From assembly GCA_008369845.1 (NCBI GenBank), contig MRSU01008806.1, positions 1 to 37,166 on the forward strand: a DNA stretch of 37,166 bases, written 5' to 3'. Below, piece after piece: positions 1 through 11,961 of the stretch. The stretch is from Trichomonas gallinae (Eukaryota). Numbering within the stretch: the first letter of the stretch is position 1; each line of letters starts with the position of its first letter. The translations under genes were made by a program, and so were the position numbers. The notes below the pieces were generated by a model. It was not told the DNA's origin. It worked only from the letters and a program-made list of their open reading frames with translations, and searched no databases.

Positions 1-669
1 TGGTACCATTATTTTGTAAACTAAAATTGAGAGATGACCGTCAGATTCACTTATGACCCTCAAATTCATATACGGTATAAAATTATTGAAATTTTTAATC
101 AATGCATAAAATACCATGGATATAACTTAGTATTCTTCTTGATAAGTTAAATGTATTTTCCGAACATTATAATTGGCATCAATCTTCTAATAATCTTTAA
201 ATCTCGAAAAAATTATATAGAAAAACGAATGATCACACTCATAGAAACACTTTTATTCGATTATTATGTCATATCTGATTCATTATCCACGAAATTACCA
301 TAATTCACTTCAATTCGGATTGAATTTAACATAACTTCAGTAATTAGTCAATGTAAATCACTGCGTTGAGTCTATTGTTGCCAAGAAATCTACATGAAGA
401 GTTAATAAGATTAGACCAACTTCGAAATTAAATATTTAAATCTTAAAATAGATCAGAAATGTATATAATACATTTAGGCTAAGATTCAATGAATCAAATA
501 TGAAATACTTAAGTTAAAACTCTAAAAATTAATAATTGAGCAATAAAATTATCAAACAATTTATAGTATAAACAAAGTAATCAATCAAAGAATTAAGCAA
601 TATAGCGATTGGAGATAATGAAACTCATCAATAGTTGATTTTCCGACCTATTGATGCTGTCAGAGGGAA

Positions 670-1602
670 TCAGTTAATTATTGGAGTCAATTTGATTGGC
701 TTTTTCTTAGAAATAAGGCAAACAGTCCTTGCTCCAACAGGGGGACGGCCAGTTTTGGAAAATGGTTTTATGATATCGACCGAGTGTGAATTTCCGGTCA
801 CCTTAGTGAGTTTAGTGGATCTAATGGGATCAAATACAGGATTTTCTATGATCTCATGAATGCACGGCCTCTTTTCTGGATAAAATGCAAAACATTTGGC
901 AATAAGCGCTCGCAATTTGAGATTCTTGACCTTATATGCAGGGAAAACTCCAGCATCAATGATATTTTGCATCACTTCACGATCAATAGAGATAAAAGGA
1001 TAAGTTCTTGTAGCGATATAAAAGAATGTCACTCCTAATGCCCATATGTCAGCCTTCAAAGGGTTATACTTCTTTTGCCTGAAAACTTCCGGTGCCATAA
1101 AATAATATGTTCCATGGAAAATGTTGCTGCTTTGGGAATCGCTATATACATTCGAGAGTCCAAAATCGCATACCTTTATGCGCCCATACTTGTCAATCAA
1201 AAAATTCGAAGGTTTGATGTCGCTGTGAGCAATATTCCTTTCGTGGCATGCTTTGATAGCGATCGCTATATCATAGCAATACTTCAAAACTGAAAAGGAA
1301 TCTAAAACTTGTGCGCCTTTTAAAACTTTCATCAGATCATTAGGACAATATTCCATTAACATATATACATAACCATCATGTTGGAATGTCTTATAGAGGT
1401 TAATGGTATTTGGATGATCGATTGATGCCATTATTTCTACTTCAACTTTGTTGTATCGAGCTTCAGGGATCTTTTTAAGGGCAAACTCTGTTTTGTACTG
1501 ATTATCGTAGACAAGAAATACAACACCATAGCCTCCCTGTGCTATTATACTCTTGCATGTAATCCCTAGCTCATTGAAGTACTTCTGTTCAGATAAATCC
1601 AT
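670..1602 (-). CDS. Ser/Thr protein kinase, short CAMK-type (trichomonad expanded family)
   Basis: Motifs AQGGYGVV, ALKK, HSDIKPSN, DFG, APE, DIWALG. ORF track starts at TTG 1605; first ATG is 1602, matching the start of the paralogue at 4924. Confidence 0.9.
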   Translation of the reverse strand: MDLSEQKYFNELGITCKSIIAQGGYGVVFLVYDNQYKTEFALKKIPEARYNKVEVEIMASIDHPNTINLYKTFQHDGYVYMLMEYCPNDLMKVLKGAQVLDSFSVLKYCYDIAIAIKACHERNIAHSDIKPSNFLIDKYGRIKVCDFGLSNVYSDSQSSNIFHGTYYFMAPEVFRQKKYNPLKADIWALGVTFFYIATRTYPFISIDREVMQNIIDAGVFPAYKVKNLKLRALIAKCFAFYPEKRPCIHEIIENPVFDPIRSTKLTKVTGNSHSVDIIKPFSKTGRPPVGARTVCLISKKKPIKLTPIIN

Positions 1603-2804
1603 CAATTTTGTTATAAAATAAATGGATTTGAATGCTTATGAAAAATTGGTTGTTGATATAACAATAGTTTGTCTTGTTGTAATGGAATAACATCAAAAAA
1701 ACATTTGTAGCCTCTTAAATATTGAGTTGTTGCGGTTAGAATATTGAATAGGTAAACCCCCCAGAAGTATTCAATTATTTCAATTCTCCCTCAATTTACT
1801 TCTTTGTTGTAAAATGAGATTTATAATCTATTATTAATAGAGAATATGAATGTAAAAATTCAACGTTAATTGGCTTTTGAACTTTTTTATTATATATACT
1901 ATAACCATTAAAAATATGATAAAATAATTTTCAAATTGAGCAATTGAATGAATTGTTTTATTAAATTCCGCTCAGATGGATGCAATAAAGCTGTCAGGTA
2001 AACTTATGTAAAACAAATTGAGAACTAAGATAGAATGTAATCAAAAAAAATTTTTTTTGAAAAGAAATCAGTTTCTAAATCTAATTAAAAGGCGGAAATC
2101 AAAATGGTTGATTAAATTATTCAAATCAGTACTGCATTGAAAATATTTGAAAAGGTGGGTTTTTACCAAGAAATATATATATTAATGCTTGGTTTCCTGC
2201 AATAGTCTTACGTTAAAATTCAATAAATTAAAAACAAAAAATAACGAGGTTTTGAGTCATAATAAATAATATTAAAAATATATTTGGCGTCAATAGATTT
2301 ATATGCCGATTTCTAAATACTTAAAAGATTCATTTTGAGATAGTTATGTCATGATGACATTTTCAGACTTGTTACAACATTAGCTACTTGTGAATTACCT
2401 GTATCTGCATTAGATTTAACGTGATTATATAGTTTGGTCATTTCATTGTCAATTTTATCAATAGCAAATTTTTGAATATAACTTGATTGTTATTGATGCA
2501 TATATAATGCATGCGCATGCATGATTTTTCAAATTCCATAAAAATCATAAAACTATACAAAAATTTCATCACCAAAATTCCTTTTTATGCTATGGCACTA
2601 TTATATTCTTATATACATATGTTTAATTCACAAATATTGCATTTCCAAACTTGGAACTTTCATATTTGATCAAACTCAAATCATATCATTATGATTTCAA
2701 CATAATCATCAAACACAATAGTTAAACATAAATCAATCTCATTGTACTAATATCATTTCAACACTAGAAAAATGTCGTTTCTTATAATTAAATTATCAAA
2801 TTAT

Positions 2805-3530
2805 TCAAAAATAAAATATAAATAGACATTAGATGCTTTGTTTCCAAAGAATCATTACAAACTATAATAGTTTCACTTTTTGCCTATGAACACAAATACA
2901 AACTTGATGATTTAATTCTTTCGATTTCCAGAAGTTCTGTGACGATGGAAAATTTTAGAATGAAGGAGCGCCACCTAATAAAGAACAATAGCTGAAATAT
3001 TCTTCATTCAGAAAAAAATCTCCAGAATTATCCATATGAGACATTGACCTGGATCCCATATTATCACCTTTAAGATAAGGTATTACGAAATCATAGCCCG
3101 ATGTATTACAGTCAACACCTTTATGATGCAGAAAAGTAGGTTCATTATAGACATATGAGTTAAGGCATTGTGCTTTATCCTGTCTCAAGCTTCCACAGTA
3201 AAATTTCACCACTAATCGTTTCATTACATTATCATCCATTATTTTTTCGTCACCGAAAGCATTCCAAGCTCTAGGCCCTATATTCAAATCATAAATATCA
3301 GAAAATGCCATATGCCACATCTCCATGACATCTCGCCAGTTGATGGCCTCTCTATAATAGTAAACCTACGTCTTGGTTTCATTGCTAGTTCCATGAAATG
3401 TCCATAAATTTCTCTTTTCTGTTCTCAAACATGAAATTCATTGCTGTGAATATCATACCCGATTATTAAAGATGTATTTGCCATCATCTGCTGTCAGCGA
3501 CATACAACAGCTAAAAAAAGCAAAAATCAT
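2805..3530 (-). pseudogene. Degraded gene of unknown function with hydrophobic N- and C-termini
   Basis: TCACTTTT initiator just upstream of ATG 3530 (MIFAFFSCC...). The same frame contains the 123-aa ORF 2955-3326 and stays open 49 codons past its TAA to TGA 2805-2807. In-frame stops at 3453-3455, 3438-3440, 3366-3368 and 2955-2957. Confidence 0.45.
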
Positions 3531-3979
3531 TGATCAAAAGTGAAATTAGGTGTCGGAGAGTGCTCTGACGCCCGTAAAAATTTCATTTCATGGCTTTTCG
3601 AAGAAAATATTTAATAAAATTGTTCTACATCAATTGGCGGAGTAATTCGGGATTATTTGGTTGATTTTTGCTATGTAAATAATATTACATGTCAAATTAA
3701 TCAATATGGAATGATATATTATTCTCATGTAATTTATGTGTTCATGTACAAAAGGCAAATCTCGCCAATTTTAAACAAATTTGAAATTAATTTGATTCCA
3801 TCAATTATTGTCAGTCAAGATATTGCATTGGCTATGATGCTATATCGTTATAAAATATATATACTTTAAGCTTAATGGATATTTGTCGCCATTAATCATA
3901 TTTCTACTATTATTCACAAATCAGAATCAAATGTTCAAAAATATATCGTCTATTTAAAATACAAACAATAAAATTTAAT

Positions 3980-4924
3980 CTAAAAATTGTACTTGCGCAG
4001 TTCAATAGGAATTTTCTTCCTGAAAGAAGAAACACTGTTTCTTTCCATTGGTCTTATCATTTTGTTGAGAAATGGCTTATAGATTATCTTGTTCAACGAT
4101 TGTGTCTTAAGTATCTCCTTGATGTCTTGGAAACTATTCACTCTGATTGGATCAAAATAAGTCATTCCGAGCAATTCATCGATCGAAGCTCTTGTTTCGG
4201 GATTTAAATCCAAACAACGAAGAATCAGCTGCCTTAATGGGGTGTATGCAATCTTATAGAATGGGAACAATCCAGTGTTAACTATTTGGATGAATTCCTG
4301 CCTGTTTGCTGAATAAAATGGATAACTTTTTGTTGCCATGTAAAAGAATGTGACTCCAAGAGACCAAATGTCTGCTTTCAGTGGGTTATACTCTTTCTTC
4401 CTGAATAATTCTGGTGCCATGTACAGCAGTGTTCCCTTTAGTATCGTGCTGGATGGGTTTTCATTATAGATTCCCGATAGTCCAAAGTCACAAACTTTGA
4501 TTCTTCCATACTTGTCAACCAAGAAATTGCTAGGTTTTATATCTTGATGTGCAATGTTGTTATCATGGCAAGTTTTAATGGCCAAAAGCATGTCATACAT
4601 GTACTTTCGCATTAAATTTTCGTCAAGAAGCTCATCTTGATTTAAAAAATACTGTAAATCGTGTGGGCAATATTCCATTAACAAGTAAACGTGGTCATTG
4701 AAGAAATAATAGTTGTAGAGGTTAATGATATTCTTTTGGCATACGTGTTTCAAGCATTCTATCTCGCCTTCATTGAAAGAAAGCCTTGGAACTTTCTTCA
4801 ATGCGAAAAATTGGTCATAATGCGAGGAATAGACTAGAAAAAGCTTGCCAAAAGATCCCTCAGCAATGACATTCTTGTATGTCAGTCCTTGCTGCTCGAA
4901 ATACGCTTGTTCATTGCAATCCAT
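3980..4924 (-). CDS. Ser/Thr protein kinase, short CAMK-type, paralogue of 670-1602
   Basis: AEGSFGKL, ALKK, HQDIKPSN, DFG, APE, DIWSLG. TCATTTT initiator at 4934-4940 favours ATG 4924 (MDCNEQ) over the TTG start in the ORF track. Confidence 0.9.
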   Translation of the reverse strand: MDCNEQAYFEQQGLTYKNVIAEGSFGKLFLVYSSHYDQFFALKKVPRLSFNEGEIECLKHVCQKNIINLYNYYFFNDHVYLLMEYCPHDLQYFLNQDELLDENLMRKYMYDMLLAIKTCHDNNIAHQDIKPSNFLVDKYGRIKVCDFGLSGIYNENPSSTILKGTLLYMAPELFRKKEYNPLKADIWSLGVTFFYMATKSYPFYSANRQEFIQIVNTGLFPFYKIAYTPLRQLILRCLDLNPETRASIDELLGMTYFDPIRVNSFQDIKEILKTQSLNKIIYKPFLNKMIRPMERNSVSSFRKKIPIELRKYNF

Positions 4925-5696
4925 CGTAAAAATAAAATGAATTTTTTGAGATAGCATTGAAAATATCAAATAAGATGAAAATTATAGCTATAATAATAAC
5001 AATTAATGTGGTATAAACTGTAATGTCAAAAGGATTCTTCTCAAAAGTGTTTTGATTTGGAATTTCTCAATTTTGAGGTGAAAATTTTACACATAAACAA
5101 TATAATGTCCATTGAAATGTTTTATGCAGAATTCGCCGACCTTTTTTGGAAAACTTGACTTTTCAATAATCTTTTCAAAATTTTATGATACTTTTTAGTT
5201 TGGTCACCTGAATTTTGGGGCTGATTTCGTTTGCAATAGAATGTATACATTGTACAGATGCTATTTTCGTGTTTTAGATATATAAAATTCGATATTATTT
5301 TACAAAAAGAATTTTTACACACCCTCAAAACAACAAAACTTGTCCTTTGTCAACCACTGGAATGAGCATGTTGTTCCTGAAAATCGCTAACTCCAAATAA
5401 TCAAACTTTACAAAATATTTTCAAAATTTTGCAAACATGTAGTATTCACTTTTACAGTTGTTTTCTGTATAAACAGCACACAAACATTTTATTTTCCTTT
5501 TCCAAAATCGATTAATCATATTAAAAAAGAGAATACAATATCGAAATATCATATTATTTGCGTTTATTGAACCAAAAACACCATAAAGTGTTTATTTTTA
5601 GCTTCACTAAGCTTAATCTGCTTGGATCCAAGCATTATCATGATTATCGTCACTTTTCGTGATGTTCTCAGTAGCTTTTGATGTTACTAGTACATA

Positions 5697-6002
5697 ATGA
5701 GCTGCAATGCATTGCTACGACTCAATAATGTGATCAAAGATCTGGAGAATAAGTTTTCCATTGATGATCATGAAAGTGATGAATCTTCTCAGTCGAATTA
5801 TTTTGAGTACGATTCATCGACAAGCTCGGAACCAGATTCTCCGACTATGGGTACGATTGTGTCAGAGAATCATCATGATGAGCTGTTTGATAGCAATATA
5901 TGCAAAGTTAATGAAGTTGAAATTTTATTGGATGAAATAAACAAACTAGATGCTGAATTTGTTGCTTACCCATACAAAGACAAGAAATATTTCTGGGTAT
6001 AA
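5697..6002 (+). CDS. Small acidic, Ser-rich hypothetical protein
   Basis: 101-codon ATG-initiated ORF with coding-like GC content and biased composition (D/E/S-rich); no recognisable domain. Confidence 0.55.
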   Translation: MSCNALLRLNNVIKDLENKFSIDDHESDESSQSNYFEYDSSTSSEPDSPTMGTIVSENHHDELFDSNICKVNEVEILLDEINKLDAEFVAYPYKDKKYFWV

Positions 6003-7472
6003 CAGTATGAGTTGCTGTTATATTTCTAAAATAACTAATAAAAACTATTTTTATCAATAAGTCTCTTTAATAATGATTCTATAGAATTAATATAAAACAT
6101 TGTGAGAATTTTGTGTCCTCAAATTAGATAATTAGAATACAATATCTAAAATATATTGTTAAATTGAGATTTAAGCCTATTTGCCTATGAAGCATCTACC
6201 CACGAATTTTAATGAAACAAACAAAGCTAATATATAGAAGAATCAAAGATCAATAATTAACATATTTTAATGATTTTTCTGTTTATTTTTGTAATTTGCT
6301 GTTAAAAAATGTGTTTTAAGCAAAAACAAAGCTGTATAATGCATTTAATTTAACACTATTATCTATTTACAAAATTTAATATGATGGTTATCATTTAAAT
6401 TATATTCAAATATATTGATTGCATATTGAAATATCAATTGGTTTGATGCTTGCGAAACTTCCCAACAAAACAGTATCATTAAAAACAAACAAATGAGCTC
6501 ATTTCGTGTACAAAAAAATGTAAAAACATGTAAATTTTAGTTATTTTAACCAATAAATAGATAATTTATCGATTGTAATTGTAAAACTGTTTGAGTGTAC
6601 TGAGGTGAAGGCTGGAAGCATGAAAGATTTTTTGGAAGTTTCTGATATATATTCAAATAATATAGATATCGCAATATGAAAGCAATGCAAGGCACTATAT
6701 TTTGCGAAAGCATTAAGTATACGTATTTAAACGTGCAAATCATAAAACCAACAATTCATTATTTATTAGTTGTGCACGATTGATTATTCCCTTTGCTACC
6801 AAGTATTTTCAGTAAACAAAAATCAAGTTCTTAACCTAAAATCATGCTGTTCATATTGATATTTGGCGATTCATATTTTGGAATTTCAATGATTTCTTTA
6901 ACCAACTGAAATATATCTTTTCGATCTGGTTATTGAAACGGGGCTATATCTATTGGCCTTCTAATCCTTTTCTATATCAATGCAGAAAACAACTAAAATG
7001 TAAAACACTTTACAAAATTTTCATGATTCCGTTGAATTCAGTTGAACATATTTATTGTGTTTTCGAATCGATTGAGAGCCGTACAAAAAAATTATCAAAT
7101 TTATTATAAAGGGTTTGCATCCATATCAATTTTTCAAAAGTAATCACAATTTATTCTGATGTATTGAAAATTATTGAAAATAATTTAAGTGATTCATCGA
7201 TGAACCATAAATGAGTAATACATTTCCGTTCGAATTTTTCATTCACAAATTTCAGAAGATACGGGTTTTCTCAACTTTTTAAACACCATTTTCTCACCGC
7301 AAACAGAATACTTAACATGAATCCATATCATTTTTTTGATTCATGTCAATTTATCAAAATTGACCAGCAAAACCAGGATAACGGAAGGAAAGGTGTTGGT
7401 TTTTCGAGGAAAGAAGGGGAAATTTTTTTTGCCGCCAGAAATTGAGAAGTTTACAAAACAACTTTTTTCGAA

Positions 7473-8534
7473 ATGAACGAAAACGTCCTTGTCGAAGTTG
7501 CAATGAATTACGTGAATGAGGTCTGCGAAGTCATGTCTCGAGATGATCGGCGCATGCTCGTGGATACTTTTCAAAAATATATAGCTAATCAAATCTCAAT
7601 TGATCACGCAAAACAAATTTTACTTGAAACATTAAATAATACAACTCCACTTGATAAACTCGCTGAAATTATGTCCGTTTCTGAAGTTCCCCTGCCACCA
7701 GTCGATGAACTCGACTCTGACTCTGGATCGAGAAGAAAGAAAACGAGAACATGGTCTTCAGAAGAAGATCATAGGCTTATTATGGGTGTCTACAAGTATG
7801 GAGCTGATAATTGGAACTCTATTGCTTTGTTTGTCGGTCATAGCAGATCCAGATCACAATGCAGCCAGAGATGGCAGAGAGTGCTTGATCCACACATATC
7901 CAAGTCACCATGGTCTGAACCAGAAAACCGTCAACTACTTTCCCTCGTTAAAAAGTACGGCACAAAAATGTGGGTCAAAATTGCGTCCGAAATGGAGAGA
8001 AGAAGTGATGTCCAGTGCAGATATAGATACAAGCAGCTCATGGGTGGCAAGGATGACTCAGTATCTTCACCCCCGCCAACAAAGTCTCACTCACACAAAG
8101 AAACTCCACCGCCGCCACCTAAACCATCAATTCCTGAACCACAGACTGACGTTTTCCAGCCTTCTGTTCCTCAGCTTTCAATGGTACATTTGCTGCCTCA
8201 GCAAACTAGACCATTGAACGCTTTCAATCCAAGCCCGCAGCCCTCTCCTCAAATAGACATATCACAGTACAACAAGATCCCAATTCCACCGCAAATTAAT
8301 TCATTACAGCAAATTCAAATTCAAACAATCCAGCCTCAAAACATGAGGGCTCCACTGCCGACGATCCAATCATTACAATCTAGATTCGATCAAATCCCTC
8401 TTGCAAGAGCTCCACCAAATACAACAGACTCGAAAAGTAATATCACGCTTGATGCACCAATTTTACTTAGAAGTTCGACTGATTTCCTCATGAAATCTGA
8501 TCAGCTTTTCGATTCTTCGTTCTGGAACCCGTAA
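7473..8534 (+). CDS. Myb-like (two-repeat) DNA-binding protein
   Basis: Repeats WSSEEDHRL...W..IA...RSRSQCSQRW and WSEPENRQL...WVKIA...RSDVQCRYRY; basic patch RRKKTR; Pro/Gln-rich C-terminus. Confidence 0.93.
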   Translation: MNENVLVEVAMNYVNEVCEVMSRDDRRMLVDTFQKYIANQISIDHAKQILLETLNNTTPLDKLAEIMSVSEVPLPPVDELDSDSGSRRKKTRTWSSEEDHRLIMGVYKYGADNWNSIALFVGHSRSRSQCSQRWQRVLDPHISKSPWSEPENRQLLSLVKKYGTKMWVKIASEMERRSDVQCRYRYKQLMGGKDDSVSSPPPTKSHSHKETPPPPPKPSIPEPQTDVFQPSVPQLSMVHLLPQQTRPLNAFNPSPQPSPQIDISQYNKIPIPPQINSLQQIQIQTIQPQNMRAPLPTIQSLQSRFDQIPLARAPPNTTDSKSNITLDAPILLRSSTDFLMKSDQLFDSSFWNP

Positions 8535-8984
8535 GTCTATATTATTATTTCAATTTATCCTTTTTTCTGATTTTTGTTATATTAATCTAAACGCTCTTCG
8601 AATACTTAATAGAATACTCGACTTCCAATAATTACCGGAAGTTGGGTTAATTTATTAAATTACAAACTTACAGTTTTCACCAAAATTATTTTTATATTTG
8701 CATTATATGTCTACAACTCATCCTAAAATAAGATTTCTGGAATCAAATTCTTTGATTTTATAAATTTTCCATATACTTATCAACGAAATCATATATATTC
8801 TCATTGAAAAACTAGAATAATTCTTTTGATATATTATAATTTTACTATTATTCAAGGTTAGTTTTGAGTTTTTATTTTCAATAAAAATATATTGTATTTT
8901 AACAAAACTAACAAAAACAATGCATGTTATTTATGTAAACAAAACAAAAAACAACAATAAAACTCTAAAAAATCAATGGAAAAA

Positions 8985-11417
8985 TTATTTTGCATCCATT
9001 CCTTTGAGATCTACTGCAATAACAGATATATTATCCATACTTAGCAGTTCGAATGCCATGTTCTTGATATCAACAGCGAGTTCTGCAGCATTTTTGGCTT
9101 TCTTTGCGATTCTTCCAACATCTTCGTTACTTAATACATCATAGACACCATCGCAGCATATAATGAGCCATCTTTCATCACCTACAATGTTCCATGTCCT
9201 AATAACTGGCTCGTGTCCAACTCCTGTTACATCAAAGTCACCAAGCGAGCTAGAAACAGCCAGAACGTTATTAACTCTGTGCTTGAGAATGTATCCACGC
9301 TCACTTAATATGCGTTTGATCTCCGCCTTATCATCCGGTTTGTGATCTTTCGTGAAATGAGAAATAGAACCATCATCTTTAACGACAATTGTCCTTGCAT
9401 CGCCTAAATGGCACGAAATTATCTGTTTGGAAGGTGTTATAACAGCTAATGCCATTGTAGATCCGTCGTTATAATTCATATTTTTAAGTGTATTCAGTGT
9501 TTCTTTGATGCAGCCAGCCATTTTGTCTTCATCTATGGTTTGTAGCTTCGATATCCTATAATATAACTCATAAGCTGAATAATTCGATGTGTTTTGGCCG
9601 CCGTGACCATCAAGGACTGCGAAAACGTGAGCACCATTTGGAGCAAATGGATGACATATTATAGCATCTTCTTGTGTCGGTCTGACGCCTTTCATCTCTG
9701 AGAAGCTGCACCATGAACACTTTGGAACGATTTTTCTGCGGAAAGATGGTTCTCCAGCACCATAAATGACTTCTCTAACAGACACTGGGATTTCGTCTGA
9801 GAATTTCACTTTGGTATTCGATATATCTACATTTTCGAGGTTTGGAATCTGTGCAAAAAGCAAAGTTTGTGCCAGAGGATTATCAGATACCTTCAGGGAG
9901 ATGATATTCTTTAAAGCAATGTTGGATAATTGCGAAATTCTGTTGTGTGATAAATCTAAATCTTCAAGCTGAGGGAAATAAAGCTCCACGCTATCTCTAA
10001 TGTCGTTATGTGAAAGGTCTATAATCTCCATGTTATCAGGGAACTTCGGAAACTCTTTAAATCTGTTCCTAGAAAGAAATGCATTTTTTAATTTCGGAAA
10101 ATAAGGCAAACTCGTCAATTTGTTGCCACAGAACGATATTGTTTCAATATGTTCAAATGCCTCAAAGTTTGGAAGTTTTCTAAGCTTACAATAACTCATT
10201 GCAATAATTTGACAAGTTTTTGGTAAATTATCAGCATGTTTGATTGGATTCATGGACAATGAGATCTGTATTGGGTTCATTTGCTTAAAATCTTCAGGAA
10301 TTTTTGAAATTTGATTATCTTGGAAATGAACCTGTTGTATTGTTGTAAATTCAAGCAGACGCTTTGGGATTTCCGTGAGTTTGTTCCTTGAGAAATTCAA
10401 GAACTTTAAATTAGGTCCTACAGAATCTGTTGGAATTGTTGAGATTTCGTTGCAGAAAATGTAACAATTCGTCGCGTATTTAACCATCCTTGGATAAGTT
10501 TTGATTTTGTTTCTTACCAATATGCAAGTCATAAGATTTGGCAATTCAAAATCTTCAATTTCTGAAATTTCGTTATCATAGAGTTCTAAGTCTTTTAATG
10601 ACTCAGGGAGCTTAGGAATTCTCTTGATTTTGTTCTCATGAGCATCAAATTTGGTTAAATTCACTAAATTAATAATTGAATCGGGAATTTCTTCAATAAG
10701 ATTGTCGCTAATTGCTAGTTCTTGAACTGTTGCAGGAAGGTTAGGGAATTTATTCAGATAATTATTGCTGGCGTCGAATATCATTAAATTTGGACAATAT
10801 TGAACTAAATCTGGTAATTCTTGTATATCATTCATTGGTATTTCGAGTCTTGTCATTTGAAGGCATTCTTTCTTAAACGTAAATTGCGAAATTCTGTTCA
10901 TAACCATTGAAAGACTCACTAAATTCGGGGCATTGAGTTTCACAACTCTGATAAAGTTAAAATTCGCGTTGAAGCTCTTGATTGTAGATGGGAGAAGAGG
11001 GAATTTAATGAGTGCGTTTTGAGATATATCAATAACTTCAACTTCTAGTTGACTGAAATCGACATTTTCGATGTTGTTAGCATATAATTCGAGAGTCCGT
11101 AGTGGTTTGTGTGCTAATAAAAGCGGAGGAATAGAACCGATCTTGTTCGATGATAAAATTAATGTTTTGAGTTTGTTAAGTGTACAAATGACTTCAATAA
11201 TCTGTTGTGGAATCTCAGTGTAACCGTTTTCGCTCAATACAAGCATCTCTAGCTCTGTAATATTAGGGGGTAATTTTTGCAAATGGTTGGCTGATGCATT
11301 TATTCGCTTCAAACGGTTATTATTAGGTATATGATAAGGAATTTCCGTATGTCCGCCTTCAACGAACAAGACTTCCATGTTTGAAGAGACTTTTGGATGT
11401 GATTGATGATTCCCCAT
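8985..11417 (-). CDS. Leucine-rich-repeat protein with C-terminal PP2C (PPM) phosphatase domain
   Basis: Many LxxLxLxxNxI repeats followed by RPTQED, VLDGHGG, DGST, HLGD, DHKP, LAVSSSLGD, CCDGVYD and DNIS motifs; N-terminus MGNHQS fits MGxxxS. Confidence 0.93.
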   Translation of the reverse strand: MGNHQSHPKVSSNMEVLFVEGGHTEIPYHIPNNNRLKRINASANHLQKLPPNITELEMLVLSENGYTEIPQQIIEVICTLNKLKTLILSSNKIGSIPPLLLAHKPLRTLELYANNIENVDFSQLEVEVIDISQNALIKFPLLPSTIKSFNANFNFIRVVKLNAPNLVSLSMVMNRISQFTFKKECLQMTRLEIPMNDIQELPDLVQYCPNLMIFDASNNYLNKFPNLPATVQELAISDNLIEEIPDSIINLVNLTKFDAHENKIKRIPKLPESLKDLELYDNEISEIEDFELPNLMTCILVRNKIKTYPRMVKYATNCYIFCNEISTIPTDSVGPNLKFLNFSRNKLTEIPKRLLEFTTIQQVHFQDNQISKIPEDFKQMNPIQISLSMNPIKHADNLPKTCQIIAMSYCKLRKLPNFEAFEHIETISFCGNKLTSLPYFPKLKNAFLSRNRFKEFPKFPDNMEIIDLSHNDIRDSVELYFPQLEDLDLSHNRISQLSNIALKNIISLKVSDNPLAQTLLFAQIPNLENVDISNTKVKFSDEIPVSVREVIYGAGEPSFRRKIVPKCSWCSFSEMKGVRPTQEDAIICHPFAPNGAHVFAVLDGHGGQNTSNYSAYELYYRISKLQTIDEDKMAGCIKETLNTLKNMNYNDGSTMALAVITPSKQIISCHLGDARTIVVKDDGSISHFTKDHKPDDKAEIKRILSERGYILKHRVNNVLAVSSSLGDFDVTGVGHEPVIRTWNIVGDERWLIICCDGVYDVLSNEDVGRIAKKAKNAAELAVDIKNMAFELLSMDNISVIAVDLKGMDAK

Positions 11418-11480
11418 ATAATATTGATTGCCTCAGAATTTAAATCTTTGACATAATCCAAGGTCCATTCAATTTTCGCA

Positions 11481-11680
11481 ATTTACGTGTCATATCTAAA
11501 TTTACAAGACATATATATTATTTTACACGACAAATTCTATTTCAACTTTGTAATTTACATGACAAATTATTATTTTACATGCCAATTTTATTCTAATCTG
11601 TTTGTAAATTTTTGACATGATACTAAAATCATTCAATTAACGTTATTTACATGACATTTTAAAATTTACACGACAAATTT
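11481..11680. repeat. Array of irregularly spaced direct copies of TTTACAYGACAAATT
   Basis: Copies at 11522, 11554 and 11665 (full match), 11574 and 11646 (near match), 11482, 11501 and ~11612 (degenerate), all in one orientation. Confidence 0.7.
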
Positions 11681-11961
11681 TCCAAATTTTACTCTCATTT
11701 GATTAAACAAAACACTGTGACTAAAGAAGCAATATTACATTAAACAGTAATTGTTAAGTTTTGGAATGAGAACAAATTTATATTAAAGATAAAAACCATT
11801 AAGCAATTAAAATTTGATTTGGTAATGGAAAACTTTAGTCTAATAAGCTGGAGTTTGGGTTCAAATTAGTAACTTTTGAACAAATGGAAAAAATATTTGT
11901 TCAAAATGATTCCATATTGTATGGATTGATGATAAAATGGACTAATAAAGATTTTTAAATT

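Noticed and set aside
2041..2060. Perfect palindrome TCA8T8GA and similar A/T-run palindromes near 22156-22179 and 31878-31901
   Set aside because: Low-complexity homopolymer juxtapositions expected in AT-rich DNA.
2507..2522. 16-bp palindrome ATGCATGCGCATGCAT
   Set aside because: Single short ATGC-repeat palindrome with no supporting context.
3444..3458. Possible micro-intron GTATGATATTCACAG
   Set aside because: 15 nt, no branch motif, and removal leaves the next stop at 3438-3440.
6546..6945. Possible decayed gene on the minus strand extending the 65-aa ORF
   Set aside because: Several stops and no recognisable motif; cannot be supported without a homology search.
11481..11680. CRISPR-like array
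   Set aside because: Repeats are short and degenerate with irregular spacers, no cas genes, eukaryotic context.
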